Assembly: GCA_964388035.1 (NCBI GenBank) | Contig: CAYLZE010000028.1 | Span: forward strand, 1 to 49,801 | From: an uncultured archaeon | GTDB lineage: Archaea; Asgardarchaeota; Lokiarchaeia; Sigyniarchaeales; SOKP01 | DNA: 49,801 nucleotides | Direction: 5' to 3' | Shown here: piece after piece, positions 40,306-49,800 of the stretch | Layout of the letters: every line of letters starts with the position of its first letter | How positions within the stretch are numbered: position 1 is the stretch's first letter | The notes under the pieces: generated by a model | What the model was told of the DNA's origin: nothing | The model's database searches: none | Seen by the model: the letters and a program-made list of their open reading frames with translations, nothing else | Made by a program: the position numbers and the translations under genes

Positions 40306-40791
40306 TTATTCACTCTTTAGTTTAGCATTTAATTTATATTCAATTATTCCCGGTTTTTTCGGGATTTTAGAAGGTCCCAGTTCCTTAATCTTGCGGGTAA
40401 AATCCGTTATTAATTCCGCAAATTGTTTTCCTTCACTCGCCGAAATCCAGTGCAACCTAAACCTTTCCTCTTCCAAACCAAGTTTTTTAATTAACTTCTT
40501 AAGATGATCCATTCGAATTGCTGTTTGTTCATTCCCAGAAATATAATGACAATCGCCAATATGACATCCGGTCACCAATACTCCATCAATACCATTTAAA
40601 AAGGCATTCAAGATGAAAGAAGGCTGGACTCTGCCCGAGCACATGACTCTTACTATTCGAATGTTAGGAGGATATTGAAAACGTGAAACTCCGGCGAGAT
40701 CTGCTCCTGCGTAAGAACACCAATTACAGCAAAAAGTAAGAATCTCAGGTTCCCAATTCGTTTCTTTGGTCTTCACGCTTGATTTAGCCAT
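40306..40791 (-). CDS. mvhD: MvhD/VhuD [2Fe-2S] subunit (Cys form)
   Basis: FCCNWCSYAGAD, MCSGRV, GCHIGDCHY, WISASEG. Confidence 0.95.
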   Translation of the reverse strand: MAKSSVKTKETNWEPEILTFCCNWCSYAGADLAGVSRFQYPPNIRIVRVMCSGRVQPSFILNAFLNGIDGVLVTGCHIGDCHYISGNEQTAIRMDHLKKLIKKLGLEEERFRLHWISASEGKQFAELITDFTRKIKELGPSKIPKKPGIIEYKLNAKLKSE

Positions 40792-40803
40792 GTGTTTCTC
40801 TCC

Positions 40804-43800
40804 TTAACTTTGTTCTTTTTCGCAAGATTGTAAATTCAACCCCGTTAATAAATCAATTTGCTTGATAATTTGATATTTACTATAATGGCGTTGATCTATC
40901 GCTCCTGTGGGACATTCCGCCACGCAAGTGCCACAACCTTTGCACATTGCGCTAATAATTCTTGCTTTTTTAACGGTTACTGTATAAATTCCAAATTCTT
41001 GAGCTTCGGTTTCAATTATATCAATAGCACTATAGGGGCATACTTCACGGCAACGTCCACACCCAACACATTTTTCTTCATCAACGGAGGAAGTAATTCC
41101 TTCGGTTTCCACTTCTCCTTTTACCATGATCATGGATGCTCTAGCGGCTGCCCCGTATGCCTGCGTGATGCTCTCATCAATCCATTTTGGCCAATGAGCT
41201 CCTCCACATAAAAAGATTCCCTCCGTGGCAAAATCAATGGGTCTTAATTTAACATGAGCTTCTAAGAAAAAACCATCTTTAGTCGTTGGAACTTTAAGCA
41301 TTTTTGCCAAATCTTTTGTACCGCTTTCGGGAACATTTGGAGTTGCCAGGATGATCAAATCGGAATGATTCTCTACTTGAACTCCCGCTCCGAACAAGTC
41401 ATATTTTAAATGAAAGCGTCCTTTATCATCTATAATCAGAATGTCATCAATCGAGCGATATCGCTCGAAAGAGACCATCTTTCGCAGCTTTCTCCATAAA
41501 GTTTCAGCATATAAATCTGAAAATTGAAGTTCCCTGTAGAGAACATGAACATTCGCATCTGGATTCACAGCTAGTAACTTCTCAATATTTTTTAACGCAA
41601 CTCCGCAGCAAATATTTGAACAATAAGTTTTTACTCCCTCTCCTTGATTTAATTTATTTTTTCTCTGATCCACGCATAAAATAATGGTTGCATCTTGAAA
41701 GCCCGGAATATCTACATCATTTGTAGATATGAATTCCGTTTGAGTCATGATTCTATCCGGATATTTCTCTTTCAAGTCTTTCCAGCGAGTAGACTCAATT
41801 TGACGACTACCTGTGGCTACAATAATGGTGCCCACCTTGAACTCTTGCAGTTCTCCCGTACTACCTTCAGTGTTGATCATGTAGTTTCCCACAAACCCGC
41901 GTATGTCCCTTATTTTTGAGTTTAATAAAAGGTGCACGTTAGGTCTATTTTTTAATTCATTAATTTCCTTTAAAATTTCCTGCTTGGTAATTGCCACGTA
42001 ATACAGATCAACAAATTCAAGAGCTCTCCCCCCTAAATTGGGTCCTCTTTCAACCAAGAATACTTCAAACCCTTGTCGCGCTAAATTATGAGCGGCTATA
42101 ATCCCCGTGATTCCACCGCCAATAACCAAGCTGGCCTTTTGGACCGGGACTTTAATCTTCTTTTGGGGGTTAAGATTCACAACTTTAGCCAAATACATGC
42201 GAATTAAATCGCAAGCTTTTTCGGTAGCTTTATCCGGTTCTTTTTGATGTACCCAGGAATCTTGATCTCTTATATTTACTAATTCAAATAAAAAGGGATT
42301 AAGTCCTGCTTCTCTCAACGTATTTTGGAATAAAGGCTCGTGGGTTCTTGGAGTACAAGATGCAACGATAAACCTATTTAAATTATATTCCTTGATCATT
42401 TCTTTAATTCTTTCTTGGGAATCAGAACTACACGAATACATGTTTTCTTCACATCTCGCCACGTAAGGTAAGCTCGAGACATAATCCACCACGGCACTCG
42501 TATCCACTACACCTCCGATATTAATTCCACACTGACAAACAAGAACGCCTACACGGGGCTCTTCATTATCAAGAATTGGTTTTTCTTTAGGATATACGAT
42601 ATCTTTAATATTCTCAAATCGAACGGGATATAATTTTTCACTTATTCTTGCCGCGCAAGCGGATCCTTCCGCAACTGCATTGGGAATATCTTTTGGCCTG
42701 CGAGAATATCCCGTGAAATATATATAACCCTCCTCGCAGTTATTCACGCCTTCTTCATTAATATATCCCAGATCATCATGCCCTACTTCCAAGCAATCTA
42801 ACAATTTGTAATATCCTTGATTTGGAAAGAGGGCACTCGCGAGAACAACCATATCAAATTCGGAAGTTTCTACGATTCCCTTATCCATGTTTTCATAATG
42901 CAAAATCAATTTTCCGTTATCTTCATTTTCTTTAACAAAAGCTACTCTCCCATTCACATAATTAACGCCATACTCCTCTTGGCTGTTGACTATGAATTCA
43001 TAAAAATTCTTTCCTTTTGCCCGTATTTCTGTATTAAAAATAGAACATTCCAGATCTGGCGAATGTTCTTTTGCTACGATTGCTTGTTTAGCAGAAGACA
43101 TACAACAAATTGCCGAGCAATACTTTTTAAACTCAGGATGATGGAAATCTCGAGACCCTACACATTGCAAGAAAGCAATTTTATGAGGATGTTTTTTATC
43201 ATCCAAGCGTAATAACTGTCCTCCGGTAGGACCATTTGCAGACAATAGCCGCTCAAATTGCATGCTAGACACCACATTAGGATTGCTCCCTGCTAATCTC
43301 GTGTAATAATCCGGCATGTGCTGTTCATATCCCGTAGCAATAATGATTGCTCCCACTTGAATCGTTTTTATTTCGGGTTTTTGAGAAAAATCAATGGCCG
43401 ATGCCGAACAAGCTTGTTCACATAACCCACATATACCAAGATTCAATTTTAAACAATAATTTTCATCTATTAAATATACGGGCGGTACGGAAGAAGGAAA
43501 GGAAATGTAAGCTGCGCCGTGCGTCTTTAAATTCGCATCAAATTCGCTGGAAATTTCCTTAACGGGACAAATTTTAGCGCAATCCCCACAACCTTTACAG
43601 AGGTCTTCTTTAACATACCGGGGCTTTTTAACAATCTTGACCGTATAATTTCCCCCAGATCCCTTTATGTTTTTAACGTGTGAATAGGTTAAAAGTTCAA
43701 TATTTGGATTCCTAAAGACCTCTACCATCTTAGGAGCAAGAATGCAAAGACTACAATCCAAAGTAGGAAAGGTCTTGTCAAGCTGAGCCATTGTCCCACC

Positions 43801-43923
43801 AATGGTGGGCTTTTTTTCAACTAAATATACCTTGAACCCGAGTCCCGTTAAGTCCAAGGCGCTTTGTATGCCGGCAATGCCTCCCCCGATAACAAGGACG
43901 GAGCCGTGCAGAGTGTCTGACAT
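40804..43923 (-). CDS. hdrA: Large two-flavin-domain heterodisulfide reductase subunit A-like protein
   Basis: GGGIAG, LDKTFPTLDCSLC, QCVGSR..YCSAICCM, internal N-domain (VCQCGINI, CTPRTH, NIRDQDSWVH), second GGGITG, EAHVKLRP, C-terminal 2x[4Fe-4S]. Confidence 0.93.
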   Translation of the reverse strand: MSDTLHGSVLVIGGGIAGIQSALDLTGLGFKVYLVEKKPTIGGTMAQLDKTFPTLDCSLCILAPKMVEVFRNPNIELLTYSHVKNIKGSGGNYTVKIVKKPRYVKEDLCKGCGDCAKICPVKEISSEFDANLKTHGAAYISFPSSVPPVYLIDENYCLKLNLGICGLCEQACSASAIDFSQKPEIKTIQVGAIIIATGYEQHMPDYYTRLAGSNPNVVSSMQFERLLSANGPTGGQLLRLDDKKHPHKIAFLQCVGSRDFHHPEFKKYCSAICCMSSAKQAIVAKEHSPDLECSIFNTEIRAKGKNFYEFIVNSQEEYGVNYVNGRVAFVKENEDNGKLILHYENMDKGIVETSEFDMVVLASALFPNQGYYKLLDCLEVGHDDLGYINEEGVNNCEEGYIYFTGYSRRPKDIPNAVAEGSACAARISEKLYPVRFENIKDIVYPKEKPILDNEEPRVGVLVCQCGINIGGVVDTSAVVDYVSSLPYVARCEENMYSCSSDSQERIKEMIKEYNLNRFIVASCTPRTHEPLFQNTLREAGLNPFLFELVNIRDQDSWVHQKEPDKATEKACDLIRMYLAKVVNLNPQKKIKVPVQKASLVIGGGITGIIAAHNLARQGFEVFLVERGPNLGGRALEFVDLYYVAITKQEILKEINELKNRPNVHLLLNSKIRDIRGFVGNYMINTEGSTGELQEFKVGTIIVATGSRQIESTRWKDLKEKYPDRIMTQTEFISTNDVDIPGFQDATIILCVDQRKNKLNQGEGVKTYCSNICCGVALKNIEKLLAVNPDANVHVLYRELQFSDLYAETLWRKLRKMVSFERYRSIDDILIIDDKGRFHLKYDLFGAGVQVENHSDLIILATPNVPESGTKDLAKMLKVPTTKDGFFLEAHVKLRPIDFATEGIFLCGGAHWPKWIDESITQAYGAAARASMIMVKGEVETEGITSSVDEEKCVGCGRCREVCPYSAIDIIETEAQEFGIYTVTVKKARIISAMCKGCGTCVAECPTGAIDQRHYSKYQIIKQIDLLTGLNLQSCEKEQS

Positions 43924-44257
43924 TATTTTCTCGCGTATTTTTTATAGAGGAATTAGAAGGATAAACAACTTATTAAATAGAAAAAAGATTCCTCCTTTTT
44001 TATTTCTACTATTTAACTACTATTTGATGCAATTGTCAATGCTTATAAAAAGCGATTTTTATTTAAATTCAAAAAAACTCCCAGATTAATTATATTTTAT
44101 ATGCCGGGAAAATATTTGGGCTTTTATAAGTAATTTCCTTGAAATAACAAGCATGAATAAAGGGTTCGAAAAAAAGGTAAAAAAGGAGGGATAAAAATTA
44201 TAATTTAATTCAATTTTTTTTTTCAGGTTGTTTAATAAATCGAAAATATTTGTCTAA

Positions 44258-44458
44258 TTAAATTTCTTTCCACATTGTACCGCATTCGCCGCATAAATAT
44301 TTTTTACCATAGACTCGGGGGTAATCCATTATAATTTGGCTCTTATCTACCGATTCGTGAATCATGTGCGGGTTATCTGTCCCACATTTTGGACATTTAC
44401 GCCGTCCTTCGTGCTTTTCGATACTCAAAATCTCGCCCGAAGTTTCTTCTTCTCCCAT
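44258..44458 (-). CDS. Small zinc-ribbon protein
   Basis: CPKC...CGECG..W; GGAG upstream of the start. Confidence 0.75.
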   Translation of the reverse strand: MGEEETSGEILSIEKHEGRRKCPKCGTDNPHMIHESVDKSQIIMDYPRVYGKKYLCGECGTMWKEI

Positions 44459-44639
44459 TATTAGATCAACTCCTTTAATTTAAAATTAAATTAACTTATG
44501 GTTAATAATATTGCGTTCCCTTTTTATATGTATGGTTTTTTAAATAATATATTTGACTAACATGGGGAACATTTATAAGAGGTATACATGTCCTATTTTT
44601 TTTAACTTTATTGGGTTTTCACTAGCTTGGTTTAAAAGA

Positions 44640-45251
44640 TCACGATTTTCCTTCCAAAGACTCTCCATATTTAAGAGCAAGATCGAATAAATCTGGAGAA
44701 CTTGTTGTTTTAAATTTAAATAGAAAAAATCTGAATATTTTGTCCAAAATCTCTTGAACCTCCTGCTTATTGTTTGTAATTTTAAAGCAGTACAATACCC
44801 CAAGATTCATGGCTTTATTTATCAACTCTTGTTCCCTGATAAAACCCTTCTTATCTTCTTCAGTCTGAGAGTTTTCTTTCAAATCCATCCCGAGTAAAAT
44901 GCTCACACCCTTGAAATCATAATGATCAGCAACATTACTGAGACTATTTCTCTTATAGTGTTCCAATTCCTGCTTTTGGCTAATATCAATCAAAAGAATT
45001 AATGCATCTAATTTAGTTATTTCTGAATATTCATTAAGAAAAGCTTCCAAGTTTATTTGTTCAAATAATTTAACTTTTATAGGGAGGGAGGAATACAAAA
45101 TTAAATATTCAATTTCTTCTAAGGGAAGACGTGGATTTTTTCCTTTTGAGGTTTCAATACTAAGTTCATTGAGATAATTTTTGAACATGGTTCTCTCCTT
45201 ATCTGATTTTCCAATGAGTCCCAACGTGAGGCTATAAGTTATTTTTTTCAC
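44640..45251 (-). CDS. Ras/Rab-like small GTPase fold with degenerate G motifs (pseudo-GTPase)
   Basis: LGLIG (beta1), IKVKLF, LDALILLIDIS, SILLG, AMNLG..YCF, VQEILDKI match the Rab secondary-structure spacing. GKT, DxxG and NKxD are absent. Confidence 0.6.
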   Translation of the reverse strand: MKKITYSLTLGLIGKSDKERTMFKNYLNELSIETSKGKNPRLPLEEIEYLILYSSLPIKVKLFEQINLEAFLNEYSEITKLDALILLIDISQKQELEHYKRNSLSNVADHYDFKGVSILLGMDLKENSQTEEDKKGFIREQELINKAMNLGVLYCFKITNNKQEVQEILDKIFRFFLFKFKTTSSPDLFDLALKYGESLEGKS

Positions 45252-45374
45252 TCTAATTTTCCCTTGAATTTTGTAAAGAATAACTTCTTACTTTAATTTG
45301 GATATTTCACTATCCTTCCACATCTATTGTTTTAAAATCACTAATCTAATTAAAACCAATATATTTAAAACATC

Positions 45375-46316
45375 ATGATATCTGTCTATATATTATTAAC
45401 TATAATGATTGTCCTATGGGCATTCTCTTTTATTGTAGTGGACGTTTCAATTACCTTTCTTACTCCTTTATCCGTAGCGTTTTATAGGTTTTTATTTGCT
45501 TCTTTATCATACATGATTATCGATATCATCATTAGAGTTAAAAAAAAGCGCTCTAATTCAAAGGAAGATTCCAAGCAGAAAAGTACCCCGTTTAATTGGA
45601 AAGATTGGCTCATTCTCTTTTTAGCCACCCAATTTGGCGTCGTGTTATTCTTTTACACCCAATATAATGCGATTCAATCAATAGGGCCATCATTGCCCGC
45701 CCTATTCGTATGCTTACTCTCCCCCATTTTAATTGCCGTGTTCGCATTAGCCTTTTTTAACGAAAAGTTGAATTCTCTAAAAGTTATCGGTTTTCTCATT
45801 GCGACAATTGGAGGATTTTTTCTTGTTACGGGAGGAGATATTAACACATTAAATCCCACAACACCAAATTTCTTGGGACTTATCTTTGCACTATTCACCC
45901 CCTTGTTTTGGGCACTTTATACTATATTGACAAAAATATTAATGAAAAACCATTCCACTAATACCCTCCTAAAAGATATTGCATATTTGGGAACGTTAGA
46001 ATTATTTCTTATCATTTTATTTAATGGAGATATCTCGAATTTTTTAAATAATGCTTTAAATTGGGTAGTTTTGATAAGCGCCCTTTATTTAGGGCCTGTT
46101 TGTTATACCTTAGGATATTATATATGGCAGGACTCTCAAAGAAACTTGAATTCCTCCAACGTTGCTTCCTTTTTATACGTAGAACCATTTATTACTCTAG
46201 TCTTATCTTATCTTTTTCAAATTAAAGAAACTGTATTAATTGGCAACATTCTTGGAGGATTTGTAGTATTAATTGCAGTAGTTATTATTAATTATAACTT
46301 TAAAAAAAAGATTTGA
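45375..46316 (+). CDS. DMT/EamA family transporter
   Basis: LWAFSF, PLSVAFYRF, P..IA.FA..F.NEK, WALYTI, EPFIT..LS..E; two EamA repeats. Confidence 0.9.
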   Translation: MISVYILLTIMIVLWAFSFIVVDVSITFLTPLSVAFYRFLFASLSYMIIDIIIRVKKKRSNSKEDSKQKSTPFNWKDWLILFLATQFGVVLFFYTQYNAIQSIGPSLPALFVCLLSPILIAVFALAFFNEKLNSLKVIGFLIATIGGFFLVTGGDINTLNPTTPNFLGLIFALFTPLFWALYTILTKILMKNHSTNTLLKDIAYLGTLELFLIILFNGDISNFLNNALNWVVLISALYLGPVCYTLGYYIWQDSQRNLNSSNVASFLYVEPFITLVLSYLFQIKETVLIGNILGGFVVLIAVVIINYNFKKKI

Positions 46317-46653
46317 TGATTTAAATAACCAAAAAAAGGGATATAAAGGCATATGCCTCTTTTATTGATCCACCGATCATGAAACGAGTTCTATTTATAC
46401 TTCTTTTAAGCTTCTCTCCTCTGAAGAATAGAAAAAATGTTGATTAGGAATATTTCTGTAAAAAGTTTAATATTAGCTGGGAAATCTATCATAAAATATC
46501 TCCTTTTCCTGTCGTAGGTTTTAAAGCAATTTAAATGAAAAACGATATGGATCTGATTAATTAAAATAAACTTTAAATAGTAAATTCCGTTAATAGTAAG
46601 TAGCAAAAGATAGGATCAATTCCCTATTAAGTATCTATTAATGAGTTAAATGG

Positions 46654-46875
46654 TTGAAAGTGGGAAAAAAAGTGAGTGATGAATTCAAAATTTCAATTCC
46701 AGAACATTTTTACGTTAAATTAAAAAAAATTGCAGATAAATTAAATACGTCCATTAATAAACTAGTAGAATTAGCACTTACCGAATTATTTGGGTTAATC
46801 CAACAGGAGCCAGAAATTTTTCTAGAATCTATTGGATTTACGGAAGAATTGAGAGATGTTGTTAAAAGTAATTAA
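46654..46875 (+). CDS. Ribbon-helix-helix (CopG/Arc-like) protein
   Basis: FKISIPE...KLKKIA..LNTSINKLV..AL. Confidence 0.7.
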   Translation: MKVGKKVSDEFKISIPEHFYVKLKKIADKLNTSINKLVELALTELFGLIQQEPEIFLESIGFTEELRDVVKSN

Positions 46876-47592
46876 AAGCATCTTTATATGGTCTTAAATT
46901 GGAGCTTGATCCCACAGCATTCCCATTTTAAGATAGGATTTTCAGGTAACATATTTAGTCTATAAAAATATTTCCTTTATATAACCTAAATTCGTGTAAA
47001 AAACCATTAAATATGGTTTTTACCCTCTTTTCTCTTAAATGTACTCAAAATTGAAATCAATTTTGTTTTAATTGTATTGTTTTATTTTACTTTTTTATTA
47101 AAAATAGATATCTTTTTAGGATTTTTTCTACTTTTTCATCGAATTGTTTGACAATGCTGATCGAAAATTTGTGACTCTAATATCCTCATTGGCACATATA
47201 ATTTATGAATGAATTATCATATTTTTATACTTAATCGATAGTGTGGGATTTTAGACTCTAATACTCGAAGATATGGGTTATTAATTGAACTTTCGCAACC
47301 CTTTTTTGAACCACTTTATTAAAAGAACATTTTAATTGCTTTAGATCAAAAATTATTTCATTTTTTATAAAAATAATTATTTTCCAATCATATCTAGCTC
47401 ATTTTCGTCAAAGATAGGTGCATGCAAAAATTTTAAATTAGAAATTTTTGTCTATAAATTAAAAACCGAAAGTATTAATTTGTTACATAAATCCCTATAC
47501 TTAATACGGGATATAGCTACAAGCTTGATTAATAAGTGTCAGCATGGTAGCAAAATATGAATATATTCCTATAAAATGGCTTTCTTGAAATT

Positions 47593-47760
47593 ATGAGTAA
47601 ATATCGAACAGTTAGGATCCCTGAGGATTTAGTTGAAACTATACTAAAGATTATTAAAGAGAATAAAGAGTTAGGATATCGTTCGCATTCTGAATTTATC
47701 ATTGATGCTATACGCCGACGTGTAGAAGATTTTGTTCATTATCGAAACAAAGACGAGTAA
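47593..47760 (+). CDS. Ribbon-helix-helix (CopG/NikR N-domain-like) protein, 55 aa, absent from the ORF track
   Basis: Manual translation: MSKYRTVRIPEDLVETILKIIKENKELGYRSHSEFIIDAIRRRVEDFVHYRNKDE. Confidence 0.85.
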   Translation: MSKYRTVRIPEDLVETILKIIKENKELGYRSHSEFIIDAIRRRVEDFVHYRNKDE

Positions 47761-48122
47761 CTTACCTTGGAGATCATTAAAAAGAGCGCAGATTTCCAAT
47801 TTTATTCTTCTTTCCAAAATAAAAATAATAACTTGAAAATATTCAATATTTTCATCTTCTCTCTTTAATAATATTATTCTAATCCAATTTAATTAATAAA
47901 TACGGGAGTATATTCTTGCTAATTCTGAAAAGAGGAAAGATATTCTCAGCATTTTTCACAATACATTAATGATCAAAAAAAACCACTAAAAAAATCCTTT
48001 AGTTATTAAGTAAGCTCCTAACCATGGTTTTAAAATAATCCCATAAACATTTATATCAAGATTATCATATTAAAATTAAAAAAAAATTTATAACGTAATT
48101 AAATACATGAGGTAGATAAAGC

Positions 48123-48611
48123 ATGCCACGCAGATATTATGCGAAAAGTAAAAAAACTACGGCTAAAGATCAAAACTTTGAACAAGACAATGTAGGAAAA
48201 GAAAAAGAGCGCTTTCAAATCAGCATCGATTTAATGTCTCTCAAAACCTTGAAGGATTATGATGCATTTGGAAGAGTAGGAGAGTTTTATTTCAAGATTG
48301 AGGGAGATAAAGTGCTGAAATCCCGCTTTCCGGACAAGGGAGTTATCAAACTTCAAAAGAATCAGTCATTTACCAGCAAAGCCGATATGAATCTCTGGAC
48401 ACAATTCGAAACCATACGCACCAATGAAGAAAACGTCCTAACAATAAAAGTGGAAATGAGAGAGCAAGATCATTTGAAGAAAGACTCCGTTATTGCTGAG
48501 CAAGAGTTTGAAATAAAAATGCCCGAACCTACAAAGTATATCATCCTTCAAGATAAAGACGAGAATACCAAGGCTAAATTAAGAATCCAATCAACCAGGA
48601 CGCGATATTAG
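48123..48611 (+). CDS. C2-domain-like protein with a basic N-terminal tail
   Basis: KDYDAFGRVGEFYFKI...LTIKVEMREQDHLKKDSVIA...AKLRI; GAGGT upstream of the ATG. Confidence 0.55.
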   Translation: MPRRYYAKSKKTTAKDQNFEQDNVGKEKERFQISIDLMSLKTLKDYDAFGRVGEFYFKIEGDKVLKSRFPDKGVIKLQKNQSFTSKADMNLWTQFETIRTNEENVLTIKVEMREQDHLKKDSVIAEQEFEIKMPEPTKYIILQDKDENTKAKLRIQSTRTRY

Positions 48612-48852
48612 CATGGTTTTATTTTTATTTTAATATTAAAAATCTCTTTTTTTCTCTTAACTACAAGAATTATAATCTCTGTATTAGATATAATTCTTCA
48701 TGGATAGTGTTGAGTCAATGCTTAAAACATCTAATAATAAGTTTAATTCAAATTTTTAATGAAGATCAGCTAAAAATATGACTTGCAAAATAGAGATTGG
48801 AGTATCAAAAGAAGGGAGAAATATTCTGAGATTTGAATTACTCGTTAATTAT

Positions 48853-49125
48853 TTAGCGCTTTTTTTGTTTTTCTTCTGCTTTTTCAATAGAGTCAGCAAG
48901 ATAATCAAAATTTAGACTCTTTGCAAGGTTAAAACCGGTTTCGAATATGAGTTTCACGGAATTATAAAATAAATCGCTTATTTTTTCATCTACTTCGAGG
49001 TTAGAAAATAATTCTTTCATTCCCGTGGAAGCCATGACTTCTTCCTTTTTTTGTTCCAATTTTTCATTTATTTCAGAAATACCCATCCCGGAATCATTTA
49101 ATTCCGGATCTGATTTTTTTTCCAT
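48853..49125 (-). CDS. Hypothetical small helical protein
   Basis: 90-aa ORF co-oriented downstream of the PlsC-like gene; GGTG upstream. Confidence 0.55.
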   Translation of the reverse strand: MEKKSDPELNDSGMGISEINEKLEQKKEEVMASTGMKELFSNLEVDEKISDLFYNSVKLIFETGFNLAKSLNFDYLADSIEKAEEKQKKR

Positions 49126-49170
49126 GGTTGCACCAATCTAACTAATTTAACATTATTTATTTTATACAAA

Positions 49171-49800
49171 TTATTCCTGTTCTTCGGGTTCCTCTTCAAG
49201 TGATTCGATTATATTGAGGACATCTGCTGCGATTTCATATCTTTGAGTACGATATTTATCTCTATTCAATTTTTTTTCCATGGGCAAGGGAGTACCTACT
49301 TTAACTCTAAACCCATTACTATCAATTAAATTTAAAATCTTCGTCTTTTTTTTAACTATAGCAATGGGAATGATGGGTGCATCAGCAGCAACAGCAAATT
49401 TTATTATGGCCGCTATGGTTTTAACCTTAGCTTCCCGATCATACTTTGCTTCGGGAGTCATTGCAACTAAATCACCCATTTCATTAAGAATTTTAAATAC
49501 GTTATCAATTGGTTCAGTATCGTCCTTATTCTCGGTACTTCGGATCATGCCCAAGGATTTTAACACGGGACCTGCTATTTGATGTTTCATTAATTTGGGG
49601 CTTAGCATGAAATGCACTTTTCTGCCCGTGACCTGACTCAAAATTAACATGTCTCGCATGATGTTTTTACTAACCGTTGTCAATATCGCTTTACCGCGTA
49701 ATGGAACATTTTGCTTTCCCTCAATATCTAGATTCGTGAATAATTTAAGAGCTAAACCTCCAACCCCTTTAACAGCTCCGTAAAAAACATCATTTAACAG
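49171..49800 (-). CDS. PlsC/LPLAT acyltransferase-like protein, 5'-truncated by the window edge, catalytic His missing
   Basis: Frame is open to the window end: IEGKQNVPLRGKAIL, MTPEA, APIIPIAI, VKVGTP. Confidence 0.7.
   Translation of the reverse strand: MLNDVFYGAVKGVGGLALKLFTNLDIEGKQNVPLRGKAILTTVSKNIMRDMLILSQVTGRKVHFMLSPKLMKHQIAGPVLKSLGMIRSTENKDDTEPIDNVFKILNEMGDLVAMTPEAKYDREAKVKTIAAIIKFAVAADAPIIPIAIVKKKTKILNLIDSNGFRVKVGTPLPMEKKLNRDKYRTQRYEIAADVLNIIESLEEEPEEQE

Noticed and set aside
40306-43923. Selenoprotein versions of HdrA/MvhD, which are known in Lokiarchaeia
   Set aside because: All relevant positions are Cys codons in uninterrupted frames, and the same holds for the 1-4465 cluster.
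33407-43923. Methanogenesis inferred from corrinoid, MtaA, Hdr and FrhB genes
   Set aside because: No mcr/mtr genes are in the window, and these families are widespread in non-methanogenic anaerobes.
44163-44170. GGTTCGAA resembling a tRNA T-loop
   Set aside because: The flanks are A-rich and cannot form a cloverleaf.
46347-46358. Palindrome AGGCATATGCCT after the EamA gene
   Set aside because: It is a single short palindrome that could be a terminator or chance, with no independent support.
46406-46606. 66-aa minus-strand ORF
   Set aside because: Its composition is that of AT-rich non-coding DNA (I/F/N/K rich), with a TTG start and no motif.
46876-47592. Replication origin in the long AT-rich spacer
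   Set aside because: No ORB-like repeats with G-strings and no adjacent orc1/cdc6 gene.
1092-49582. Numerous 60-130 aa ORFs antisense to or nested in the long genes (e.g. 42817-43212, 40858-41211, 27623-27949)
   Set aside because: They are shadow ORFs of well-supported genes, with no motifs or ribosome-binding sites.
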